Origin: Alphaproteobacteria bacterium
GTDB taxonomy: Bacteria; Pseudomonadota; Alphaproteobacteria; CALKHQ01
DNA length: 64,000 nt
Assembly: GCA_965227515.1 (NCBI GenBank)
Contig: CBDDFZ010000001.1
Coordinates: forward strand, 3,680,001 to 3,744,000
Reading direction: 5' to 3'
This document shows positions 20,718 through 28,963 of this stretch, piece by piece; within the stretch, counting starts at the first letter, position 1; every line of letters begins with the position of its first letter. A model generated the notes under the pieces. It ran no database searches and was not told where the DNA came from. It worked only from the letters and a program-made list of their open reading frames with translations. A program made the translations under genes and the position numbers.

Positions 20718-21739
20718 CGCTTCATGCCCCATCGCGCCTTGTTGAATTCGCGCAGGCGCGCGAACACGTCGACGCCAAGCTGCGCATAGACGTCGAGCAG
20801 GTCGACCATCACCCAATTCTCGCGGATCAGCCCATCCTCCAGCCGCCAGAAGTCCAAACTGCGCATGGTGATGCGCTTGCCGGCCGGCGCAATGCCCATC
20901 CAGCCGTCATGGGTCAGGGTCTGGATCATGTCGGGCCAGCCGGTGACGCCGGCATACGCGCCCTCGGCAAAGAAATGATAGACGATCTCGTCGACATACT
21001 GACCGCGGTCCGGCATGGCATTGAGGAACGGGATCTGGTGCCAGTTGCGGAAGCCCTCGATACCGCGCCCGGTGCCGATGCCCGACGGGCCATACCACGT
21101 CATCCGCGGGTGCCAATAGCGTTCCATCTCCATCACTTCCGGTCCGCCCTGCGACGGGTGCCGCTTCATCGCCGTCAGCATATCGATGATGTGCTGGCGG
21201 GTGGCGATGGCCATGTCCGGATCGTGCGGGCCCAGCCCATCCTGGGACGCCGGCCCGGGCACGTGCCATTCGCGGCCCAGGCTGGGCGCCATCGGCCAGG
21301 CGCCGGCCTGCATCATCACCTCGGGAATGTCCCACAGCGCCTGCATCTCGACCACGCGGCCGTCCTCGACCCGAAAGAACTCATGAAAGCGCATGTGCGC
21401 GAGGTGGCCAGTGGGCGGAATGTCGAGCCAGGGCTCGGCGAACGTGCCGAGGTAGAAGCCGCCGCAGCCGACCCATTGGTCGCCATGCGGGGTCTCGCCG
21501 GCAATAACGATATGGTCGCGCCGCTCCAGGTCTGGCCACGCTGAATGGAGTGGTCCCAGGGCACGGCCATACAGGCCGTCCGCACCGTCCATATCCTCGA
21601 ACGGATAGGCCAGATGCACGGCGGCATCCGGCGCGAACGCATCCGCCAGCGCCGCCCGGACGCTGTCGGGCGCGAAGTCATAGAGCGCGCGGCGCAACGG
21701 CGCCAACCGCGCCGTGTTGGCGGCGTGGATATCGGTCAC
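20714..21739 (-). CDS. Tandem SnoaL/NTF2-like ester cyclase
   Basis: Paralog of 17935-18915: WYGPSGIG...HQIPFL...GWPDM...GWMGIAPAGKRITMRSLDFWRLEDGLIRENWVMVD. Confidence 0.82.
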   Translation of the reverse strand: MTDIHAANTARLAPLRRALYDFAPDSVRAALADAFAPDAAVHLAYPFEDMDGADGLYGRALGPLHSAWPDLERRDHIVIAGETPHGDQWVGCGGFYLGTFAEPWLDIPPTGHLAHMRFHEFFRVEDGRVVEMQALWDIPEVMMQAGAWPMAPSLGREWHVPGPASQDGLGPHDPDMAIATRQHIIDMLTAMKRHPSQGGPEVMEMERYWHPRMTWYGPSGIGTGRGIEGFRNWHQIPFLNAMPDRGQYVDEIVYHFFAEGAYAGVTGWPDMIQTLTHDGWMGIAPAGKRITMRSLDFWRLEDGLIRENWVMVDLLDVYAQLGVDVFARLREFNKARWGMKR

Positions 21740-21742
21740 GTG

Positions 21743-23068
21743 CTACTCGGCGGCATCCCGGTAGGGTGCCGGCTCGCCATAGGGCACGTTGATGCCGCCA
21801 TAGCGCCGCACCCTGACGTTGGCCTGCTCGGCATGGCCCACGAACCCCTCCAGCATGCACAGCCGCGAGCAGTATTCGCCCACCTGGGTGGCGGCCTCGT
21901 CGGTCAGCACCTTCTGGTAGGAGTGGGTCTTCAGGAACTTGCCGACCCACAACCCGCCGGTATAGCGCCCCGCCTTCTTGGTCGGCAGGGTGTGGTTGGT
22001 ACCGATCACCTTGTCGCCGTTGGAGACGTTGGTGCGCGGCCCCAGGAACAGCGCGCCATAGGCGGTCATGTTGTCCAGGAACCAGTCGTCGCGGTCGGTC
22101 ATCACCTGCACGTGCTCGGAGGCGATGTCGTCGGCGACCGCCAGCATCTCGTCATAGTCGTCGCAGAGGATGACCTCGCCATAGTCGCGCCAGCTCGCCG
22201 ACGCGGTCTCCGCAGTGGGCAGGATTTGCAGCAGCCGGTCGACCTCGGCCAACGTTTCCTCGGCCAGCTTGCGCGAATTGGTGACCAGGATCGCCGGCGA
22301 GTTGTAGCCGTGCTCGGCCTGGCCCAGCAGGTCGGTGGCGCAGAGCTCGGCATCCACCGTGTCGTCGGCGACGATCAAGGTCTCGGTCGGCCCGGCCAGC
22401 AGGTCGATGCCGACGCGCCCGAAGAGCTGACGCTTGGCCTCGGCGACATAGGCATTGCCGGGACCGACCAGCATGTGCACCGGCTCGATGGTCTCGGTGC
22501 CGAGGGCCAGCGCGCCGACCGCCTGGATGCCGCCGAGCACGTAGATCTCGTGCGCGCCGCCGAGTTGCATCGCCGCGATCACCGCCGGGTTGGGCTCGCC
22601 CTTGAACGGCGGTGTGGCGGCCGCGATGCGCGGCACGCCGGCCACCGAGGCGGTCAGAACCGACATATGCGCCGACGCCACCATCGGGAACTTGCCGCCG
22701 GGCACATAGCATCCCACCGACTGCACCGGAATGTTGCGGTGGCCCAGGATGACGCCGGGCAGCGTCTCGACCTCGACGTCGGTCATCGAGGCGCGCTGGG
22801 CCTCGGCGAACCGCCTGATCTGCGCCTGGGCAAAGCGGATGTCGGCCATGTCGCGGTCGGAGACACGGCCCATCAGCGCCTCGATCTCGGAGGACGACAG
22901 CCGGAAACGTTCGGGCGTGTAGCCGTCGAACTTGGCGGACAACTCCCGCACCGCCGCGTCGCCACGCGCGGCGATACCGTCCAGCGTCGCCTCGACGACC
23001 GCGCGCACCTTGGCGTCGTCGTCCGCCCGGTCTTCGGCCGGCTTGCCGCGTTTGAGGTAGGTGGTCAT
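21743..23068 (-). CDS. Histidinol dehydrogenase homolog (HisD/HpsN-like), probably catabolic
   Basis: [42 protein letters not shown]; GDK where canonical HisD has GDY; no other his genes nearby. Confidence 0.88.
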   Translation of the reverse strand: MTTYLKRGKPAEDRADDDAKVRAVVEATLDGIAARGDAAVRELSAKFDGYTPERFRLSSSEIEALMGRVSDRDMADIRFAQAQIRRFAEAQRASMTDVEVETLPGVILGHRNIPVQSVGCYVPGGKFPMVASAHMSVLTASVAGVPRIAAATPPFKGEPNPAVIAAMQLGGAHEIYVLGGIQAVGALALGTETIEPVHMLVGPGNAYVAEAKRQLFGRVGIDLLAGPTETLIVADDTVDAELCATDLLGQAEHGYNSPAILVTNSRKLAEETLAEVDRLLQILPTAETASASWRDYGEVILCDDYDEMLAVADDIASEHVQVMTDRDDWFLDNMTAYGALFLGPRTNVSNGDKVIGTNHTLPTKKAGRYTGGLWVGKFLKTHSYQKVLTDEAATQVGEYCSRLCMLEGFVGHAEQANVRVRRYGGINVPYGEPAPYRDAAE

Positions 23069-23091
23069 GCTCGGTTTCCTTCTAATTCCAA

Positions 23092-23195
23092 CGTCATCGC
23101 GAGGCTGCGTCAGCAGCCGCGGCGATCCAGGCGTTCGTCGCGGCTGTGCCGATATCGCTCTGGATTGCCGCGTCGCTCCGCTCCTCGCAATGACG
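23092..23195. repeat. REP-type palindrome (family C, CGTCATTGCGAG...CTCGCAATGACG type)
   Basis: CGTCATCGCGAGG...GCGATCCAG / CTGGATTGC...CTCCTCGCAATGACG inverted ends; typical alphaproteobacterial intergenic repeat. Confidence 0.75.
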
Positions 23196-23218
23196 ATGAG
23201 TGGAAAACACACTCACCG

Positions 23219-24274
23219 TCACCCCCTGATCCGCTGCTCGGTGGCGGCATCGAAAAGGTAGACATGGGCCCCTGCCAGCGACAGTGACACCGTGTCGCCG
23301 ATGGCGCGGCGCATGCGGCGTTCGCCCTTGGCAACGATGCGCTGACTGCCGATCTCGATCGTGACCAGCACGCTCTCGCCGGTCGGCTCGAAGGCGTAGA
23401 CCGACGCGTCGAAGTCGCCGGCGCCGGCCTCGCCGACGCTGATGTCCTCCGGCCTGACTCCGAGCACGACCCCTTCGCGGTCGCCCGGCACGTTGCAAGG
23501 CACGCTCAACGGGCCGGCGGCAAACCGACCGCCCTCAAGCCGTCCCTCGATCAGGTTCATCGCCGGCGAGCCGATGAAACCGGCGACGAACAGATTGGCC
23601 GGATCGTCGTAGATCTCATCCGGCGGCCCAAGCTGCTGGATGACGCCGTGGTTCATCACCGCCACCCGGTCGGCCAGGGTCATCGCCTCGATCTGGTCGT
23701 GGGTGACGTAGACGGTGGTGATCGCCAGCTCGTGCTGCAGGTGCTTGATCTCGGCGCGCATGGAAACCCTGAGCTTGGCATCCAGGTTCGACAGCGGCTC
23801 GTCCATCAGGAACACCTGCGGCGTGCGCACGATGGCGCGGGCCAGGGCCACGCGCTGGCGCTGGCCGCCGGACAGCTCGCGCGGCTTGCGGTGCAGCAGG
23901 TCGGCGAGCTGTACCTTCTCGGCCGCTTGCTGGACGCGCGGCCCGATCTCCGGCTTCGGCGTGCCGCGCACATCGAGCGGGTACCCGATGTTGCGCGCCA
24001 CCGTCATGTGCGGATAGAGGCCGTAGTTCTGGAACACCATGGCGATGTCACGGTCTTTCGGCAGCTCGTCGTTGACCATGCGGTCGCCGATCCAGACCTC
24101 GCCCTCGCTGGGGTCCTCCAGACCGGCGATCATCCGCATGGTGGTGGTCTTGCCGCAGCCCGACGGGCCCAGCAGCACCAGGAACTCCTGGTCGGCGATG
24201 TCGAGCGACTGGTTGTCGACGGCGACGAAGTCGCCCCAGCGCTTGCTCACATTTTCCAGCCTGACGCCAGCCAT
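23219..24274 (-). CDS. Sugar ABC transporter ATP-binding protein
   Basis: GPSGCGKTT, LSGGQRQR, FLMDEP; start MAGVRL at 24274 overlapping the permease stop. Confidence 0.93.
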   Translation of the reverse strand: MAGVRLENVSKRWGDFVAVDNQSLDIADQEFLVLLGPSGCGKTTTMRMIAGLEDPSEGEVWIGDRMVNDELPKDRDIAMVFQNYGLYPHMTVARNIGYPLDVRGTPKPEIGPRVQQAAEKVQLADLLHRKPRELSGGQRQRVALARAIVRTPQVFLMDEPLSNLDAKLRVSMRAEIKHLQHELAITTVYVTHDQIEAMTLADRVAVMNHGVIQQLGPPDEIYDDPANLFVAGFIGSPAMNLIEGRLEGGRFAAGPLSVPCNVPGDREGVVLGVRPEDISVGEAGAGDFDASVYAFEPTGESVLVTIEIGSQRIVAKGERRMRRAIGDTVSLSLAGAHVYLFDAATEQRIRG

Positions 24275-25101
24275 CAGCGTACCGCCCCCATGGTCATGCC
24301 CTGCACGAAATGACGTTGGATGATCAGCGCCAGCACGAACATCGGCACCATGATGATGATGCCGGCGGCCGCCAGCAGGTTCCACTGGTCGCCTTCCTCC
24401 GCCTTGAACAGGGCGAGGCCCACCGGCAGGGTCACCGCGTCCTTGGTGGTCAGGATCAGCGCGAACAGGAAGTCGTTCCAGGCGATGATGAAGCAGAAGA
24501 TGGCACCGGTGATGATGCCGGGGGCGGCCATCGGCATTACGATGCGCACGATCACCTGCATGCGTGTCGAGCCGTCGACGAGGGCCGCTTCCTCGGTGTC
24601 CTTCGGTATCCCGTCGATGAACCCTTTGATCATCCATATCGCGAAGGGCATCACGATCGACAGGTTCACCAGCACCAGGCCGTACCAGGTGTCGGTGATC
24701 TTCAGGTCGCGAAACATCAGGAAGAACGGCAGCACGATGACCACGGCGGGCACGAACTGGGTGGCCAGGATCATCACGAACATCACCCGCTCGCCACGCA
24801 TGCGAAAGCGCGAGAACGAATAGGCGGCACAGGTCGCGATCGGAATCGCGATGGCCACGGTGACCGTGGCGACGAGCGTGGAGTTCCACAGCTTGTCGCC
24901 CAGATCGTAGGGCGCATCGAACACGGTGGCGTAGTTGTCGAGCGTCGGCTCGAAGAAGAGCTTGAGCTGGTAGACGTCGACGTGGGTCTTGAACGAGGCG
25001 AGCGCGATCCAGGCGATCGGCACCATCATGAACAAGACGACCAGCACGATCAGCGCGACCTTGCCCGCCTCGACCAGCCGGCGTTTCTGGCGGTTGGTCA
25101 C
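24274..25101 (-). CDS. Carbohydrate ABC transporter permease
   Basis: TEEAALVDG EAA motif, WNDFLFA, GMTMGAVR; GTG start overlapping the upstream stop. Confidence 0.92.
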   Translation of the reverse strand: MTNRQKRRLVEAGKVALIVLVVLFMMVPIAWIALASFKTHVDVYQLKLFFEPTLDNYATVFDAPYDLGDKLWNSTLVATVTVAIAIPIATCAAYSFSRFRMRGERVMFVMILATQFVPAVVIVLPFFLMFRDLKITDTWYGLVLVNLSIVMPFAIWMIKGFIDGIPKDTEEAALVDGSTRMQVIVRIVMPMAAPGIITGAIFCFIIAWNDFLFALILTTKDAVTLPVGLALFKAEEGDQWNLLAAAGIIIMVPMFVLALIIQRHFVQGMTMGAVR

Positions 25102-26033
25102 CGCGCGCCCCGGAACACGAAACGGGTGTACAGGAATGTGAGACCGATCATCGGGATCACCATGATCCAGGCGACGGCGGCCGCGTAACCCATGTCGTAG
25201 TACTTGAAGCCCTGGAAATACGCGTAGTGGGCCAGGGTCTGGGTCGCGGTGCCGGGGCCGCCATTGGTCAGCATGTAGACCTGATCGAACGTCTTCAGCG
25301 AGAAGATGGTTTTCAGGATGACGACGACCGCCAGCACCGGGGCGAGTTGCGGCAGGGTGACGTCCCGAAACACCCGCCAGGTGGAGGCACCGTCGACCTG
25401 GGCCGCCTCGACTGTTTCGCGCGGCACCGCGGCGAGCCCGCCGATCAGCACCAGTGTCAGGAACGGGATCCAGCCCCACACATCGGCCAGCACCACAACG
25501 ACGAACGCCAATGTCGGATCCGACAGCCAGGAAATCTCGGCCAGCGGCGGGATCAGCACGCCGAAGAAGGCGTCGAACAGGCCGAACTCAGGATTGAACA
25601 TGAACCGGAACGACACGCCCACCAGCGCCGGGCTCATGGCGAACGGCAGGATCAACAGCGTGCGCACGGTGAAGCGCAGCCGGCCGCCCGGCGCCAGCAG
25701 CATCGCGATGCCCAGCGCAAGCACAGTGGTGATGGCAACGGTCAGCACGGTGTAGACCGCGGTGACGAGCACGGAGTTCCAGAACGCCGGCTCGCAGAAC
25801 AACGCCCATTCGTAGTTGTCGAACCAGACGAACGGGCCCGGCTCGTTGGACCGCCCCAGGTCCCACCGGCGGAACGACAGCACCAGGCTATCGATCAGTG
25901 GATAGATGGCGGTGGCGAACACCACCACCACCGCCGGCAGCACCAGCAGATACTTCAGGTGGCGGTCGCGCAGCCCCCCGCGCCGCCAGGGGACATCGCG
26001 GGTGGAATTGGCGGCCTGGGCGGAGGTGGTCAT
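25098..26033 (-). CDS. Carbohydrate ABC transporter permease
   Basis: VEAAQVDGAS, LTNGGPG, MGYAAA. Confidence 0.92.
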   Translation of the reverse strand: MTTSAQAANSTRDVPWRRGGLRDRHLKYLLVLPAVVVVFATAIYPLIDSLVLSFRRWDLGRSNEPGPFVWFDNYEWALFCEPAFWNSVLVTAVYTVLTVAITTVLALGIAMLLAPGGRLRFTVRTLLILPFAMSPALVGVSFRFMFNPEFGLFDAFFGVLIPPLAEISWLSDPTLAFVVVVLADVWGWIPFLTLVLIGGLAAVPRETVEAAQVDGASTWRVFRDVTLPQLAPVLAVVVILKTIFSLKTFDQVYMLTNGGPGTATQTLAHYAYFQGFKYYDMGYAAAVAWIMVIPMIGLTFLYTRFVFRGAR

Positions 26034-26068
26034 GGCCTAACCAACGCAGAGCCTGTCAATACATGCTC

Positions 26069-26240
26069 GTCGCCCTCGCCCTTGTGGCGAGGGCCCATTC
26101 CTGTCGAGGCTCCGCCATCTCGTGCGAAGCCTCGACTTCGGGGCGCATGCGGTCTCATCGCTGGACCAACCACAATGCCCTGTTCGGCAAGAAGAGCAAC
26201 CGCCACATAGATGGGCCCTCGCCACAAGGGCGAGGGCGAC
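26069..26240. repeat. REP-type inverted repeat pair (family B)
   Basis: Perfect 30-bp inverted repeats GTCGCCCTCGCCCTTGTGGCGAGGGCCCAT (26069-26098) and 26211-26240. Confidence 0.85.
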
Positions 26241-26262
26241 AATGCTTCTTCTTTCTTCGACC

Positions 26263-27603
26263 CTACTCGTCGTAGTACCCGGCACGGCCCAGCACGCGCT
26301 CGACCTGCTCGGCCGCCTCCAGCATCAGCTCGCGGGTGTCGCCACCGGCCGCTGCCTCGGCAATCGCGGCCGACAGGATGTCGCCGACCTCCGTCCATTC
26401 CGGGATTTGCGGCATGATGTCGGAGTTCTGCAGCGACGCCCAGGCGGCCTCCTGGATATTGCTGTTGGCCGCATTGACCTCCGCGTCGGTTAGGTTCGCG
26501 ATGTGGGTGACCACGTTGTTGATAATGGTCTCACCGGCAACCTCGCGCTCGGTCGCGTTCGCCTTCTCCAGGTCGGGGTTCGACAGCCACTTCAGGAACT
26601 CCCAAGCCGCATCCTGATTCTCGGAGTACTGCGAGATCGAGAACGGCATCGAAATGGCGTATGTGGCGGTGGTGCCCTGGTACGACGGCATGCCGACAAA
26701 GCCGACCTGATCGGCGGTCAGCACAGATTGTTCCGGATTGGTCATTGGCGAATAGGCCCACCACCAGACCGGGATCATGGCGGAGTTGCCCTGCTGGAAC
26801 GACTGGCGCGCGTCCTGCTCCACGAAAGACAGCGACGCCGGGTTGGTGACGCCTTCGGTGTGAAGCTTGATGTACGCTTCCGTCGCGGCCAATGCCTCCT
26901 CCGAGGTCCAGGCCGGCTTCATGTCCTCATCGAACACATCGCCGCCGACAGCCCACAGGAAGTTCAGCCAGATGAACAGGTTCTGCCGGTTGCCGTCGTT
27001 GTTGTAGTAGAGCGCGAGCGGCTCGATATCGAGGCCGGCCTCGCGGATCAGCCGCGCCGCCTCGATCACGTTGTCCCACGTGGTTGGCGGCTCGGCGCCC
27101 ACCTGCTCGAAGATGTCGGTGCGGTAGAACATGAGCTGGGCATGGGCGCGCAACGGGAAGCCCAGGGTCTCGCCCTCGAACTGCGCAGAGCGCGCGAACG
27201 CCGGCGGATAGCGGTCCATCGAGATGCCGTCGCGGGCCATCCAGTCGTCGATGCGGACCAGCCAGTGCGCGTTCGGCGGCCCCCAGCTATCGAGATAGTT
27301 GACCAGATCGAACGAGCCGTCGGCCGCCACGCCCACCGCCGACACTTTTTCCTGCAACGCGGTGAAGGGAATGAAGGTCCATTCGGTCTCGATGCCGGTC
27401 AGTTCGGTGAATTCGCCGTCTCGCAGCATCAGGCCGTCGAATTGCGGCGTGACCACCGACAGGATCTGGAGGGTCGTGCCCTCGAAGGGCTTGCCGGGCA
27501 GCAGGCCATACGGCAGTTCGTCCTGCGCCATCGCAGGGAAAGCCAAGGCACCTGCCAACAGGAATGCACCGAGCCCGGCGATCGGGCGCGCGTTCGAGTT
27601 CAT
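26263..27603 (-). CDS. Sugar ABC transporter substrate-binding protein
   Basis: Signal peptide MNSNARPIAGLGAFLLAGALAFPAMA-Q; GGAGGGAG RBS; LMFYRTDIF, AAWEFLKWL. Confidence 0.9.
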   Translation of the reverse strand: MNSNARPIAGLGAFLLAGALAFPAMAQDELPYGLLPGKPFEGTTLQILSVVTPQFDGLMLRDGEFTELTGIETEWTFIPFTALQEKVSAVGVAADGSFDLVNYLDSWGPPNAHWLVRIDDWMARDGISMDRYPPAFARSAQFEGETLGFPLRAHAQLMFYRTDIFEQVGAEPPTTWDNVIEAARLIREAGLDIEPLALYYNNDGNRQNLFIWLNFLWAVGGDVFDEDMKPAWTSEEALAATEAYIKLHTEGVTNPASLSFVEQDARQSFQQGNSAMIPVWWWAYSPMTNPEQSVLTADQVGFVGMPSYQGTTATYAISMPFSISQYSENQDAAWEFLKWLSNPDLEKANATEREVAGETIINNVVTHIANLTDAEVNAANSNIQEAAWASLQNSDIMPQIPEWTEVGDILSAAIAEAAAGGDTRELMLEAAEQVERVLGRAGYYDE

Positions 27604-27697
27604 CGTTTGCTCCCTCCAACTTGAGCTTTTTCCTCGGCCCGGATCGTGCGTCCGCCGGCACCGATGGCTCAATTCTGACAGCCTAGTATGCGTGATT

Positions 27698-27713
27698 TTG
27701 CATTCGTATGCAA
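27698..27713. promoter_or_regulatory. LacI-type operator palindrome TTGCATTCGTATGCAA
   Basis: Exact reverse complement of 17865-17880; ~95 bp upstream of the SBP start. Confidence 0.8.
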
Positions 27714-27920
27714 TATACAACAATTGCGATGCCGATACGGCACCGGATTTGATCGTTCGGCTCGATGCCACCGCGCGCACCTCCGCCTCATTCCTCCAGC
27801 TCAACCCGTCCTGCAGCGAGGACGCCATCGGCGTCCGCAGTGCGTGTCGGCGCGTTCACAGACGCCGCCGTCGCTGGATCATGCGATGCCAGATGGTTGA
27901 CAACGGACGCCAGTTACTGA

Positions 27921-27951
27921 ATGAATTTACATCGGATGTAAGAAATTTCAT
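27921..27951. promoter_or_regulatory. Putative SorC/EryD-type operator
   Basis: AT-rich palindrome with core TTACATC-G-GATGTAA (27927-27941) and ATGAA...TTCAT flanks, just upstream of the SorC-family regulator. Confidence 0.55.
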
Positions 27952-27966
27952 CTGCGGCGGAGTGGA

Positions 27967-28932
27967 ATGGCGCAAAGCTCGGCAGGCATTGACAAGGACT
28001 CCAGCTTGGCGATCCGTGCAGCGTGGCTCTACTACGCGGCCGGCCTGAACCAGGCGACGGTTGCCCAACGGCTGGGTGTCTCCAGCGTGAAGGCGCACCG
28101 GCTCGTTGCGCGCGCGACACAGGCCGGCGCGGTCAAGGTCACCATCGACGGACAGGTTGCGGAATGCGCCGCCGTGGAGAGCGCGCTGGCCGCCACTTAC
28201 GGCCTCGACTACTGCGAGGTCGTGCCGGACCTGGGCGAAGAGGGCCTGCCCGTGCGCGCCCTGGGGATCGCCGGGGCATCGTACCTGCGCCGCGCGATCG
28301 AGAACGGCCAGCACGGCGTCATCGGCGTCGGACATGGGCGCACGCTCGCGGCAGTCGTGGACCAGTTACCCAGCATCGCCTCAAGGTCGGTGCAGTTCGT
28401 GTCGCTGCTCGGCGGCCTGACGCGCAACTTCTCGGCCAATCCGCATGACGTGATGCATCGCATCGCCCACAAGACCGGCGCGCCGGCATTCGTCATGCCG
28501 GTGCCGTTCTTTGCCAACAGCGCCAAGGACCGGGAGATCCTGCTCGCTCAGCGCGGCGTGAGCGAGGTGTTCAACGTCGCGGCCCAATCCGATCTCAAGA
28601 TCGTCGGCATCGGCACCGCCGAGCCCGAAGCCTCGCTCGTGTCATCCGGCATGATCGAGCCGTCGGAAATCCAGGACGTCAGGACAAAGGGCGGCGTGGG
28701 CGAGTTGCTCGGCCATTTCTTCGACGCCGACGGAAGCCGGATCGAAACCGCGCTGACGGCGCGGACGCTCTCGATCGGCCTGGAAGATGTGAAGGATACA
28801 AGAGTTGTCGCCGTCGCCGGCGGCAAGGACAAGACCTGCGCCATCAGGTCTGTCCTGATGAGTGGCTGCCTAAGCGGGCTCATCACCGACGAGCGCACAG
28901 CCGTGGCGCTCGCCCATCTGGCTTCATCCTAA
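27967..28932 (+). CDS. SorC/DeoR sugar-binding transcriptional regulator (EryD-like)
   Basis: AAWLYY..GLNQATVAQRLGVS HTH; GVGHGRTL, GGVGELLGHFFD, LITDE. Confidence 0.88.
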   Translation: MAQSSAGIDKDSSLAIRAAWLYYAAGLNQATVAQRLGVSSVKAHRLVARATQAGAVKVTIDGQVAECAAVESALAATYGLDYCEVVPDLGEEGLPVRALGIAGASYLRRAIENGQHGVIGVGHGRTLAAVVDQLPSIASRSVQFVSLLGGLTRNFSANPHDVMHRIAHKTGAPAFVMPVPFFANSAKDREILLAQRGVSEVFNVAAQSDLKIVGIGTAEPEASLVSSGMIEPSEIQDVRTKGGVGELLGHFFDADGSRIETALTARTLSIGLEDVKDTRVVAVAGGKDKTCAIRSVLMSGCLSGLITDERTAVALAHLASS

Positions 28933-28963
28933 GCGCGGAAATCAAAAAGGGAGGAACCGTCGC

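Noticed and set aside
10743-21739. Polyketide or secondary-metabolite biosynthetic cluster
   Set aside because: No PKS, ACP, NRPS or exporter; importers and a LacI repressor indicate catabolism.
21743-23068. Calling the gene hisD or hpsN
   Set aside because: Motif differences and context argue against hisD; no hpsP or sulfolactate genes and divergence from remembered HpsN argue against hpsN.
23219-24889. Apparent long N-terminal extensions or fusions in the ORF track (also 12721-13707, 31946-33424, 43714-45060, 55570-58107)
   Set aside because: The extensions overlap upstream genes in another frame; RBS and stop/start overlaps define shorter starts.
27788-27859. 23-aa minus-strand ORF containing DADGVL, resembling HAD motif I (possible further remnant)
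   Set aside because: Match too short and no clear RBS; may be chance.
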